NCBI RefSeq assembly: GCF_964213995.1
Contig: NC_135804.1
Location: 111,724,001-111,788,000, forward strand
DNA: 64,000 nt
Source of the DNA: Mustelus asterias
Lineage: Eukaryota
Direction of reading: 5' to 3'
Shown piece after piece: positions 50,630-62,695 of this stretch. How positions within the stretch are numbered: position 1 is the stretch's first letter; the number at the start of each line of letters is the position of its first letter. The position numbers were made by a program, and so were the translations under genes. Below the pieces are notes generated by a model. It was not told where the DNA came from. It saw only the letters and a list, made by a program, of their open reading frames with translations, and searched no databases.

Positions 50630-51455
50630 TAACTTACTATTAAAGCTTTTAATCTTGAACTCATCAGGACACCGACACAAAATATACCATCAGTAAAGGG
50701 AACAACAATTTATACTGCATAAGAAGAGTGCTGATTAGTTGGCAAGTGGAGACTGATTGTTAGAGGCATTGCCTTGGAGAATGCAGCAGAGAACAGTTAA
50801 CTTGTAACTGCTAAGCTTTTATTTCAAATTCAAACCAGATAAGCACTTGGCTGTTCTCTGCATCTGTTCCTATGATGTTACCTTCCATATCAGTGTTTCT
50901 GATGTGTCTTCCTTTTTCTTGAGTCAAGGTTCTTCCCCAACACTGGTTGACAGGGCCCTCACCCTTTTCCCTCTCTTCCAGAACAATGGTAAGGTTCCCT
51001 GCATCCTTACTTTCACCCTAACAGCTTTGCATTCAATGGATAATTTTCTGCCATTTATGCCAACCGCAGCATGATGTTACTACCAAACACAACTTCTCCT
51101 TAGCTCCCCTGTTAGCATTCTGTAGGGACCGTTCCTGGCATAATACCGTTGTCCACTCCTCATCACCTTGCCGTTCAATTGCAGGAGGTTATCTCCTTCC
51201 TCACTGTGGAAGGCCCCAAACACTCCTTTCAGATGAAGCAGTGATTCAGTCGCACTTTTTTTCAATTTGATCTATTGTATTTGCTGCTCCCAATGTAGTC
51301 TCCTCTACATTGGGAAACACAGACTGGGTGACTGCTTTACAGTAACCTTCGCTTAGTTCGTAAGCATGACCCCGAATCTTCCGGTCGCTTGCCCTTTCAA
51401 TTCACCATCTTGCTGTCATGTCCACATTTCTGTCCTCGGCCTGCCACAGTGTTTC
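50630..51455. mobile_element. Decayed PLE fragments
   Basis: 50850-51455 is homologous in opposite orientation to 55520-56260; degenerate minus-strand hammerhead core CTGATGA at about 50660-50666. Confidence 0.7.
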
Positions 51456-51469
51456 AATGGGAATCCAGT

Positions 51470-52180
51470 ATACGCCCTAACTATGATTGTCCAAATTTCC
51501 CTCAATTCAGGAAATGCTCCTTTAGATTGGAAAATGCATGTCATTTTGCTATTTAAGTAAGGTTTAGAGAGAGAAAGCCAGGAATTATAGACCAGTTAGT
51601 CACACAATTATTATTGGGAAATTACTATAATAAGAATAGGCTTGACTGAACATCTTGCAAATTTTCAGCCGTATGGATTAGTAAAGGGTAGATCATGCCT
51701 GGAAAATCTGACTGAATTTTTTGAAGAGCTGATTATTGAACAGGAGAATGTCTGTGGATGTTATTTATAGGAACTTACAGAAGATATTTGATAGAGTCTC
51801 TCATAGGAGATTGTTGCTAAAGTTGAAGTCCCATAGGAATCTATTTTGGGGCCTCAAGTATTCACTATCTATCGATAATTTAGTTGGCAAAATAGAGAGC
51901 CACGTTTCTAGGTTTGCAAATGATACAAGGATGGGTGGCATTGTAAGCAACAACTGGGTAAAACAATGGCATACACATTTCAATATAGATAGGTGAGGTT
52001 TTAAAAGGATAGGTCAGGGTATTTTTTAAATGGTAAAAAGCTATAAGTAGTGTAGTCCAATTAGAACTAGGAATCCCATAAAACAGAATATAATGTTATG
52101 GAACAGGCATGAAAAATAATTAAAAAGACTAATGAAATGCTGGCCTTTCTACCTAGAGGGTGAGAATACAAAAGGGTTAA
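51470..52180 (+). mobile_element. Decayed CR1 LINE RT fragment
   Basis: PGNYRPVS, KGRSCL.NL.EFFEE, SRFANDTRMGG. Confidence 0.75.
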
Positions 52181-52306
52181 AAGTAATGCTTTTTTAAAAT
52201 TCTTTCATGGGTTGTGGGTGTTGCTCATCCCGAAATACCCCAAAGAATGTGGTAATGAGGCACTTTCCTGAACCGCTGAAATCTACCTGGTGCAAGTGTA
52301 CACTAG

Positions 52307-52645
52307 ATCATAGAACCCTACAGTGCAGAAAGAGGCCATTCGGCCCATCGAGTCTGCACCGACCACAATCCCACCCAGGCCCTACCCCCATATCCCTACA
52401 TATTTTACCCACTAATCCCTCTAACCTACTCATCTCAGGACACTAAGGGGCAATTTTAGCACAGCCAATCAACCTAACCCGCACATCTTTGGACTGTGGG
52501 AGGAAACCGGAGCACCCGGAGGAAACCCACGCAGACACGAGGAGAATGTGCAAACTCCACACAGACAGTGACCCGAGTGGGAATTGAACCCAGGTCCCTG
52601 GAGCTGTGAAGCCGCAGTGCTAACCACTGTGCTACCGTGCCGCCC
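52307..52645 (-). mobile_element. Young full-length HE1-type V-SINE
   Basis: CpG-rich, complete head to tail. Confidence 0.93.
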
Positions 52646-53611
52646 TACTACTAGGAAGGGAGTTCCAGGATTTTGATCCTGCAACAGTGAAGGACTGGCA
52701 ATATAGTTCCACAGGGAACTTGCAGGTCGTAGTGTTTCTATGCGTCTCCTGCCCTTGTTCTTCTAGATGGTAGAAGTCAGAGGATTGAAAGGTGCTACCT
52801 GAGGAGCTTTGGTGAGTTGCTGCAGTGCATCTTGTAGATGGTACACACTGTTGTCACTGTGCATTGGTGGTGGAGGGAGTGAATGTCAAGTTGGCGGATG
52901 GGATGTTGAACAAATGGGCTTCCTTATTCTGGATGGTGTTTAGCTTCTTGAAAGCTGTTGGAGCCAGCCATTTGGATAGTATTCCATCACACCTCCTGAC
53001 TTGTAAATGGTGGACAACTTTGGAGAGTCAGGAGGTGAGTTACTCACCTCAGAATTCCCAGCCTCTGACCTGCTCTGGTAGCCAGAGTATTTATACAGTT
53101 GGTTCAGTTTCTGGTCAATGGTAACCCCCCTCCCCAAAGGAAATAGATAGAGGGTATTCAGTAATGGTACTGCCATTGAACGTCAAGGGGAGATAGTTAG
53201 ATCTTCTCTTGTTGGAGATGGTTGTTGCCTGACACGAATATTTATTGACATTTATCAACCCAAACCTGAATGTAGTCCACATCTTGCTGCATATTGGCAG
53301 GGAATACTCCAGCATCTGAGGAGTTATGAATGAACATTGTGCATTAATCAGTGAACATCCAGACTTCGGCATTGTGATGGAGGGGAGGTCATCAATGAAG
53401 CAGCTGAAGATGGTTGGGCCTGGGGCATTACCCTGAGGAACTCCTGCAATAATATCCTGGAACTGAGATGATTAGCCTCCAACAACAACAACCATCTTTC
53501 TTTGTGCTGGACACAACTCTAATCAGAGCAATTTTTTCCATCTGATCCCACTGACTTAAATTTGACAGGGGCTCCTTGATGCCACAGTCAGTCAAGTACT
53601 GCCTTGATGTT

Positions 53612-53941
53612 AGAATCATAGAATTCCTACAGTGCAATGGAGGCCACTCGACCCATCGAGTCTGCACCAACAACAATCCCACTCAGGCCCTATACCCATA
53701 ACCCCACATATTTACCCCGCTAATCCCCCTAACCTACGCATACGGGACACTAAGGGGCAATTTAGCATGGCCAATCAACCTAACACACATCTTCAGACTA
53801 TGGGAGGAAACCAGATCACCTGGAGGAAACCCACACAAACATGGGAAGAATGTGCAAACTCCACACAGTCACCCAAGCTGGGAATCGAACCCGGGTCCCT
53901 GGAACTGTGAAGCAACAGTGCTAATCACTGTGCCACCATGC
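53612..53941 (-). mobile_element. HE1-type V-SINE
   Basis: Full length, more diverged. Confidence 0.88.
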
Positions 53942-54187
53942 CAGGAAGTCACTCTCACCTCCCCTCTTGAGTCCAGTTATTTTGTCAGTGTTTGGCCCAA
54001 TGCTTTAATGAGGTCAGGAGCCACGCGACCCTGGTAGAATCCAAACTGAGCATCAGTGAGCAGCTAATTTCTGTATAAGTACAGCACACTGGCATTGTTG
54101 ACAAAATTTCCATTACTAATGATTGTGAAGAGGCTAATGAGATGGTAATTGACCGGATTAGGTTTGTCCTGCTTTTTGTGGACAGGA

Positions 54188-54441
54188 TGTGGAGATGCCG
54201 GCGTTGGACTGGGGTAAACACAGTAAGAAGTTTAACAACACCAGGTTAAAGTCCAACAGGTTTATTTGGTAGCAAAAGCCACACAAGCTTTCGAGGCTCT
54301 GAGCCCCTTCTTCAGGTGAGTTCTGTTTGTGAACAGAATTCCCACTCACCTGAAGAAGGGGCTCAGAGCCTCGAAAGCTTGTGTGGCTTTTGCTACCAAA
54401 TAAACCTGTTGGACTTTAACCTGGTGTTGTTAAACTTCTTA
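54188..54441 (-). mobile_element. Palindromic mini-PLE (family A): perfect 98-bp inverted arms, 36-bp tail, 14-bp TSD
   Basis: Arms 54224-54321 / 54344-54441; TTTTGTGGACAGGA at 54174-54187 and 54442-54455. Confidence 0.93.
54344..54385 (+). ncRNA. Minimal hammerhead motif (mirror copy on the minus strand at 54280-54321)
   Basis: CAC-CUGAAGA-A-GGGGCU(cag)AGCCUC-GAAA-GC-UU-GUG. Confidence 0.75.
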
Positions 54442-54827
54442 TTTTGTGGACAGGACATACCGCAGCAATCTTCCACTTTGTTGGGTAAATGCCAGAGTTA
54501 AAGGTATGCGAAGCCGTGGTTAAACCACACCTGAAATATTGTATTTAGTTTTGAGCACCACATGTTACAAAGGATATATTGATCTTAGAAAGAGTTTATA
54601 GGTAGATTTATGCGAATTATATCTGGACTCCAAGAGTTAAGCTACAAAGTTATTAAATGATATGAGACAAAGGCAGGTACATCTAGAGAGGATGTCTACT
54701 TGTGTAACAGAACTGACTAGAAAGCTGTTCAACCATGTGAGTTTCAAGTTAAAGTGCAACAAGTTGTCATTGGGGAATAGCTTTGTGCCAATGATGCCAT
54801 ACCAACATTTCATATCAAGGAGAAATC

Positions 54828-54976
54828 ATCTAACCTACACATCTTTGGACTGTGGGAGGCACCCAGAGGACACAGGGAGAACATGCAAATTCCACACAGA
54901 CAATCACCCAAGGCTGCAATTGAACCCAGGTCGCTGGCGCTGTGAGGCAGCAATCATTCCACTGTGCCATCATGCT
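54828..54976 (-). mobile_element. V-SINE 5' fragment
   Basis: Degenerate head and core. Confidence 0.7.
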
Positions 54977-55076
54977 ACCCATGAAGGTTGTTGATAGCTT
55001 CAAATATTTTGGTTTCACAATCACCAGCAATGCCAAAATCTACACATGAATTGCAAAAGATGTAGATGTTATTCAA

Positions 55077-55216
55077 CACAACAAGAACAGAAAATGCTGG
55101 AAAATCTCAGCAAGTCTGACAGCATCCGCGGGAAAGGAATAGAGCCAACATTTCGAGTCCAGATGAACCTTCGTCAGAGCAAAGAGAATCAGCAGAGATT
55201 TATACAATGACCGGAG

Positions 55217-55252
<36 letters not shown>

Positions 55253-57006
55253 GGAATATAAATGAGGATACTGAAGGCTGATAAGACGCTGTCCATTAAG
55301 TGATCAAAATGTGTGAATGTCAGAACAGACTGCCTGGGGATTATGGCTGAAAGGTTGGGGGGGAAGAAGGGGAGCTGGAATGGGGAAGTGGAAATAAGGA
55401 AGTGAGAAAGAAGGATGATAAAGTGGATGAATGAGATGAAACAAAATGAAATAAAATAAATGGAAATGGGGTGAAGGTGGAAGAGAGAGTTCATGCCCTG
55501 AAGTTGTTGAACTCAATGTTCAGTCTGAAAGGCTGTAAAGCACCCATTCGGAAGATGAGGTGTTGTTCTTCCAGTTTGCGTTGGACATTGCAAAAGGCAA
55601 TGTGGACAGGAGAGCAGGGTGGTGTATTGAAGTGGCAAGCGACAGGAAGGTCTGGGTCCTTCTTGCAGACAGACCAAAGGTGTTCAGCAAAGCGGTCACC
55701 CAGTCTGCGTTTGGTCTCTCCAATGTAAAGTAGACTGCATTGGGAGCAGATTGAAGGAGGTGCATGTGAAGCGCTGCTTCACCTGAAAGGAGTGTTTAGG
55801 ACCTGGGGTGGTGAGCAGGGAGGAGGTAAAGGAACAGGTGTTGCACCTTCTACGATTGCATGGGAAGGTGCCGTGGGCAGGGGGTGAGATGTTGGGTGTG
55901 ATGGAGGAGTGGACAGATGTCCCGGAGAGAATGGTCCCTGCTGAATGCTGACGGGGGGGGTGGTGAGGGGAAGATGTGTTGGATAGGGGCATCATGCTGG
56001 AGTTGGGAGAAATGGTGGAGGATGATCTTTTGAATGCGGAGATTGGTGGGGTGAAAAGTGAGGATAAGGGGGACTCGATCCTGCTTCTGGGAGGGAGAGG
56101 AGGGAGGTGAGAGCAGTGGTCAGGGGGATGGGATGGGTTGGACACAGTTGAGAGCCCTGTCAACCACAGTGAGTGGAAAACCATGATTGAGAAAGAAGGA
56201 AGACATATCGGCAGTGCTATTTTGGCAAGTGGCATCATCAGAACAGGTGCGGTGGAGGCAAAGGAACTGAGAGGATGGGATGGAGTCCTTACAGGATGTG
56301 GGGTGTGAAGAGCTGTAGTCAAGGTAGTTGTGGGAGTCGGGTTTGTAATGGATACTAGTGGACAGTTTATTGCCAGAAATGGAGACGGACAGGTCAAGGA
56401 AGGAAAGAGAAGTGTCAGAGATGAACCATATGAAGGTGATAAGAGAGGTGTAAATTGGAAGCAAAATTGATACATTTTTCCAGGTCCAGACGAGAGCATG
56501 AAGCGGCACCGAAATAGTTGTTGATGTACCGATAAAGGAGTTGTGTGGGAGGGGACTGGAGTAGGACTGGAATGGGGAATGCTCCACATAACCCATAAAA
56601 AGGCAGGCATAACTGGAACCCATGCGGGTGCCCATAGCCACATCTTTTATTTGGAGGAAGTGAGACAAGTTAAAGGAGAAATTGTTGAGAGAGAGAACAA
56701 GTTCAGCCAGACGGAGGAGAGTGGTGGTGGATGGGGATAATTCAGACCTCTGTTCAAGGAAGAAATGAAGGGCTTTGAGGCTAACCTGGTGAGCAATGGA
56801 GTTGCAGAGGGATTGCACATCCATGGTGCGGAGGAGGTGGTTTGGGCCAGGGAACTGGAAGATGTTGATATGGTAAAGGGCATCAGAGGAATCGCGGATA
56901 TAGGTGGGAAGGGACTGGACAAGAGGAGAGAATGGAGTTAAGATAAGAGGAAATGAGTTCGGTGGGGCAGGAACAGGCTGACACGATAGGTCTACCAGGG
57001 CTGTCC
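55077..57006 (-). mobile_element. Penelope-like element (family B), RT plus GIY-YIG remnant, 10-bp TSD
   Basis: TMDVQSL..NNFSFN..FLQIK.VAMGTRMGSSYACLFMGYVE; FPCNRRRCNTC..KQRFTCTS; TGTTATTCAA at 55067-55076 and 57007-57016. Confidence 0.93.
55143..55180 (-). ncRNA. Minimal hammerhead motif in family B PLE end
   Basis: GCU-CUGACGA-AGGUUCAUCUGGACUC-GAAA-UG-UU-GGC. Confidence 0.65.
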
Positions 57007-57429
57007 TGTTATTCAAATCTGAATAAGAAAATGTGGCACGATAGGAACCTGACCAAGAACACCATACCAAATTTATGTAATTCGTGCAATTGTCTACAGT
57101 GACAACACATGCTAAGCAGGGGGAAAAGCTGAGCAGTTTCCAACTTGGCTATCTCAGACATATCTCAGCACCTCTTGGCAGGATAGTGTTACCAACTCAA
57201 GAGGCCTAGGAGCGTACTAATTCCATCAGCATATATTCATTGCTAAACTGACTTGTGTCTGCATTGGTTCGGCCGTAGTCATCGGATGATGACGGCCGAA
57301 TACCCAAAGACTCGCTGCATTATGCAAACTGCATATGAAGTTGGCAGACAAATTCTACACTTTCTCAGCCCACTGACTTCATCTTCTGCAAATGTAGCAG
57401 AGAACGGTGCTCCTGAGCCTCCTGAGGTG

Positions 57430-59600
57430 ATGTTTCACACCTCTGGAGTTCAGTTCCTTTGTCCATGTTTGGACTAAGGCTGTAATGAAGGAGCTGTGTG
57501 GTCCTGGCAGAACCCATACAGAGTTTCTTTGAGCAGGTTATTAATGAGTATCTGCTGCTTGATAGCACTGCCAACAACACTTTCCATCGTTTTTCTAATG
57601 ATTGAGGGTAGGCTGATGGGGCAGTAATTGGCTGGGTAGGATTTTTCCTGCTTTTTGTGGGCAGGACCTAACAGAGCAATTTTCCATATTACTGGATAGA
57701 TGCCAGCCAGTGTCGTAGCTGCACTGGAACAGCTTGGCTAAGGGGGTGGCTAGTTCTGGAGCACAAGCCATCAGTGCTATTGCTGGATTGTTGTCGGGAG
57801 GCCTGTTATATATTTTTAAAAGGTTGCAGATTGCTTCAAGAGCTGATCACATGATTTGATGGTGATGTCATTAGGGTGCTGATTTACTTTCCGTTTGTAC
57901 TTGATGCAGAGAACAGCTTTTCAATAAAACCTGTTATGTGTTTCTTTAATCTGTGTGTGAAAACCAAGTCTTTTTCTGTTAAAACCAACAACCCCTAACA
58001 TAGTTAGGACATTGCAGGGACCATAGCTTTTGCAGTACCTGGTGTCGTCAGCCATGAATCGAATTGGCTGAAGACTGGCATCTGTGATGCTGGGGACCTC
58101 AGGAGGCGGCCAAGATGGATCATCCACCCAGCCGTTCTGGCGAAAGATGGGTGCAAATACTTAAGACCTCTTTGTTGCATTGATGTGCTGAGGTCCCCAC
58201 CACTGATGAGGATATTTGAGGTGCCTTCTCCATCAGTTAGTTGTTTAATTGTCCACCATCATTCACGACTGGATGTGGTAGGACTACAGAGCTTAGATAT
58301 GATCTATTAGTTGTGGGATCACTTTGTTTTTTCTATTGCTTGTTGTTTTTGCTGTTTGGCACGCAGGTCGTCCTGTCTTGTAGCTTCATCTGGTTGACCA
58401 CCTCATTTTTTGGAATGACAGATGTTGCCTTTGACATGCCCTCCTGCATGCTTCATTGATCCCTGGTTTGATGGTAATGGTAGAGTGAGTTATATGCCAG
58501 GCCATGAGGTTACGGATTATGCTGCTGATGGCCCACAGTGTCTCATGGATGCCTAGTTTTGAGTTGCTAGATCTGTTCAAATTCTATCCTGGTTAACATG
58601 GTGATAATGCCACATGATGGAGGCTATCCTCAAGAACTGTGTGGTGGTCATGGCAACCAATACTGTCATGGGCAGATGCATCTGCGATAGGTAGATTGGT
58701 GAGGACAAATTCAAGTTGTGTTGGTTCCCTCACCACCTACTCACCACCAGTCTAGCAGTCATGTTCTTTAGGACTCAGCTTGGTCACTGGTGGTGCTAAG
58801 GAGCCACTCTTAGCGATGGACATTGACTTCCCCCACCCAGAGTACATTTTTGTTACCCCCAGTGCTTCCTCCAAATGGTGTTCAATATGGAGGAGTGTGA
58901 TTGATCTACTGGGATCTGGGGGCTGAGGTAGAAGCAGGAGGTATCTTTGCCCATGTTTGAACTGATGCCATGAGACATCGTGGGATCCAGAGTTAATGTT
59001 CAGAACTCCCAGGACAACTCCCTCCTGACTGTATACCACCTTGCCATCACCTCTGATGGGTTTGGCTGTCCTGTGGTGGGACAGGACGTACCCAGGGATG
59101 GCAATGGTGCTGTCAGGAACATTATCGCAAGATATGATACTGAGTATGACTATATCAGGCCTGTTGCTTGACCATTTTGTGGGACAGCTCTCCCTATTTT
59201 GGCACAAGATCCCAGAAATGAGTAAGGAGGACTTTTCAGGGTCAACATGCCTCATTTTGCTCGTCATTTCTGGTGCCTAGGTCAATATCAGGTGTTCTGT
59301 CCAGTTTCAATCCTTTTTTGGACTTTGTAATGATTTGAAGCAACTGAGGGCAGTTAAGAATCAACCACGTTACTGTGGATCTGGAGTCACAGAGGGACAG
59401 CAGGTTTTAATGAACCAGATGGTTTTTACAACAATCGACAATGCTTTCATGGTCACTATTACCAAGGCAAGCTTTTTAATTCCAGATGTATTAACTAAAT
59501 TTAAAATCCCCCCAGCTGCTGGGGTGTGATTTGAACCCATGTCCCCAAGGCATTGGTCTGGTCCTCTGGATTATTAGTCCAGTGACATTACCACTCAGAC
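57430..59600 (-). mobile_element. 5' and central part of CR1/L2-group LINE (second family)
   Basis: Endonuclease-like RPDIVIL...DNVPDSTIAIPGYVLSH; 57450-57700 is homologous to 53985-54180. Confidence 0.7.
57804..58000 (+). mobile_element. Possible short solo LTR
   Basis: TGTT...AACA termini, internal AATAAA, interrupts a LINE; no clear TSD. Confidence 0.4.
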
Positions 59601-62344
59601 TTCACAGTATTTCTTTCTTCCCCATCCTTAGGTCTCCCAGCACACTGATACAATGCCTCTCCCCCTGCTGACTCCCTTCTCAAGCACCCGATTCTCGACC
59701 CGACCTATCGAGCCCCACCAGCCAACTACCCCCTTCCTTTAAGCACTGATTGGCCCCCACCATCTGACTAGCCCCAACCTGACAACCACTCCTGACCTGA
59801 TTACACCAGACCCATTCAACCCCCGCCATCCTACCTCACCCACCTACCACCCTATCCATTTACCCCACCCATCTACTCATTTATCCATTCACTAATATTC
59901 ACACACACATATGGCAGCTGGTGCTGTAAAAAGGTGTCATGTCATTTGTGCTGATTCTCTTCGCTGCTCTCTTGTGTGGATTCCTACACCGAGAGAGTTC
60001 TTCTATGTGGATTGGAACTCTGAAATTTTTAAACGAATCCAGCTGAGGGTAGTTTTCTCCCTGATCAGAGTCAGATGCAGCAGTTCTGAAGCTGATTGGA
60101 ACATTTGGGCCAGTAAATCACCATTTTTAAGTTGTCCCATTTTAGGTCATTGCATGTTAAAGTCAGTGAGTTATTGGATCCGTGTTCACGTGTAGCATCG
60201 GGAGTTTCATTTTAAAGTCGTGCCATTTTGGATTATGTGAGCCAATTGGCATTATTTTTGAGCCAGAGGAGCAGTAAACAGGAGAGGCAATGAGTGGGAG
60301 GTTTAGTGAGTAGGGTCAGCAGCAAGCAGGAGGTAAATAGAAAGAGTGAGCATATTTGTTTTGTATTTTTTTATTTTAAATGTTATTTCATGTACCAACA
60401 TAAGGATTTAGCAATGTAAAGTATAACATACAGAATATATATTTTTTTCTGATGCAAGATTTTATATAACCTAACTACAACTTGTACATAGGGTGTGATG
60501 GGAAAATCTGATTTGCTTAAATTCATTTCACTTAAAGCAGCAACTTTAAGTGAGGGCTTACTGTCCAACCAAAGCTGAATTTTAAAACTGAATATAATAT
60601 GTACATTTTGTCTTTAATGGCTCCATTTCATAGAGTGATTGGTTCTTTATTATTTTTATAACTAAATTTTAAAATATGCATGGCCCCTACTTAACTCACT
60701 TAGAATAAAAATCAGCCCCAAATCGGGTCCAAAATTGTTGCAACTTTCCAGTGATTTGATCTCTATGTTCTTCCAAATTGTGTCCAGTCAAAGGATATTC
60801 TGAAAAAATAAATCTTAACCCATAGAGCAGCTTGTTGTATTACTGCCCAGTAGAGTAATAAAGACTGAGAATCATGATCCTCTGTGTCATTAGGTCCTTT
60901 GTTTGTACCCTCAGCCTTAGCTTTGGAAAGTCGTGAGTGCCTCCAGCTGATTCCTGTGGAATGGTTAGTTCAACTGCCATTTGTAAAATAGTTTGTAACC
61001 ACACATTCTTATATGGGAAATGTGACTGGTTCCATACTAAAATTATTGGACTGAAATTACATTTTTATATTCCATAAGAAGATGTGTTCCTGACTTTTCA
61101 ATCTTGGATGCCATCAGTCTATAATGGAGCAAGAATTGCTGAGTATCTGGGAAGTATTTCTCCTTGTAAACTGGGATTGTTCAGTGAAGTAGAAAAGATA
61201 ATAGGATAATTTGATAGGTGTGTTTAAAATTATATGGGGATGAAACAGAGTAAACGGAAACAAGTTTTTTTGAAATTGAGGGCTCATCAATATAAGATTA
61301 AATTTAAAAGATTTAGGACAGCAGGAAAAAATTTGTTACATAGACCTTTTGTGAAGTGAGAAATATACTACAAGAAGTTAGTGACTGAAACAAAGACCAT
61401 GTTTATTTTGTAGGAATAGGTTAGACAGGTTGTTGAAGGAAAGGAGGATAATTGAAGATGGGAACAGAATGAACACATGGATTAAGACTATTGCTTACGT
61501 AGAGCAGAAACACCAATACAAACTGGTTAAACTGAACAAACTGATTGTGTTGTAATTCTGACAGCATTTTAGAGACGCGGGGTGGTGGCGGGGGGCGGGG
61601 GGCGAGGCTGCTACCTGCTTGCTTTGTTTCCTTTCTTGTTAAGTCAAATAAAAATGATCAAGGTCAAAAATAAATTTGCCCTGACACAAAGATAAAGAGT
61701 AGGCTTAATTTTCCTACTGCTCGGCAGAAATCTCTGGTAATAGGATACAGTGGATTTGAAAACTTCCTTATATCCACTTTGCCCTTTTATGCATGGACCA
61801 CAGAACACCTTCGAATAGACCTTTTGTTTGAATTTCAGTATTGAATTTCACTTTGTCTTTCACATGATAATTCTCTGCTCAACAAGCATCGACAACATCT
61901 ACTTTTGTTGGTTAGAGATGTCTGTTATTACAATCCACAATGTATTTGTCGTAAACAGACTGTTGGGAGAATGTGATGCAAAACTGGAATATGTATAGTT
62001 GCATGATATACATGGAATGTACGAGTTTCTTCCAACTGCTGAAATAAAAACTCAGAATACCGTATTCTTAGACATTCAGTGAGGGGCACCTCGTACAATA
62101 AGGTAGCAAGGTCAGGGATCATGGGCGAGCGGGACTTGGTATAGGACAGGATACTGAAGTTTATGGAGGGTGGGAGCTAGAAAAATGCAAATTGTTGTCA
62201 ACTAGCCTGTTGACATTCAACTTCTAAGTTTGCAAAAAGCAGACAAAGGACAATTGCACCTTTGGAACCATGGCCCAGCAAAATCATCATCTCCAGAAGA
62301 GGAGGGAAGGGAGAAAGATGAGGAAATCTTTTATATGTTTTTTA

Positions 62345-62695
62345 AAAATTCATGAGAATTGCTGGTTGGTCCAGCATTTATTGCCTCTCCCTAATTGCCC
62401 TTGAACCGAGTTGCCTGTTAGGCCATATTGGAGGGCAGTTAAGAGATAACCACAGAATTGTGGATCTGGAGTTGTATGTTGGCCAGACCAGGTAAGGATG
62501 GCAGATTTCTATCCCTAAAGGACATTAGTGAACCAGATGGGCTTTTTGTGACAGTCAACAATGGTCATCATTAGACTTGATTTTAGAATTTTTTTATTGA
62601 ATTCAAATTTCGGGATTCTAACCTGGGTCCCCAGAGCATTACTCTGGGTTTCTGAATTACTGGTCCAGTGACAATGCCACTACGTCACCACCTCT
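62345..62695. mobile_element. Short repeat related to 38320-38700 and 59345-59595
   Basis: CAGCATTTATTGC..CCCTAATTGCCCTTGAAC..GAGGGCAGTTAAGAG..GGACATTAGTGAACCAGATGGG. Confidence 0.7.

Larger units (their letters stand above)
52195..54500 (-). mobile_element. CR1/L2-group LINE (second family), interrupted by two SINEs and a mini-PLE
   Basis: Homologous to 6465-7348; LGVTIDQKLN, PQG.A.GPTIFSCFIDDLPS. Confidence 0.75.

Noticed and set aside
55218-55251. Long poly-G run (also poly-C at about 5955-5977)
   Set aside because: Homopolymer expansions inside repeats; length is unreliable and the poly-Pro ORFs are incidental
59640-59910. C-rich low-complexity tract
   Set aside because: Resembles the interior of the non-autonomous element type seen at 5800-6000; no periodicity or coding signal
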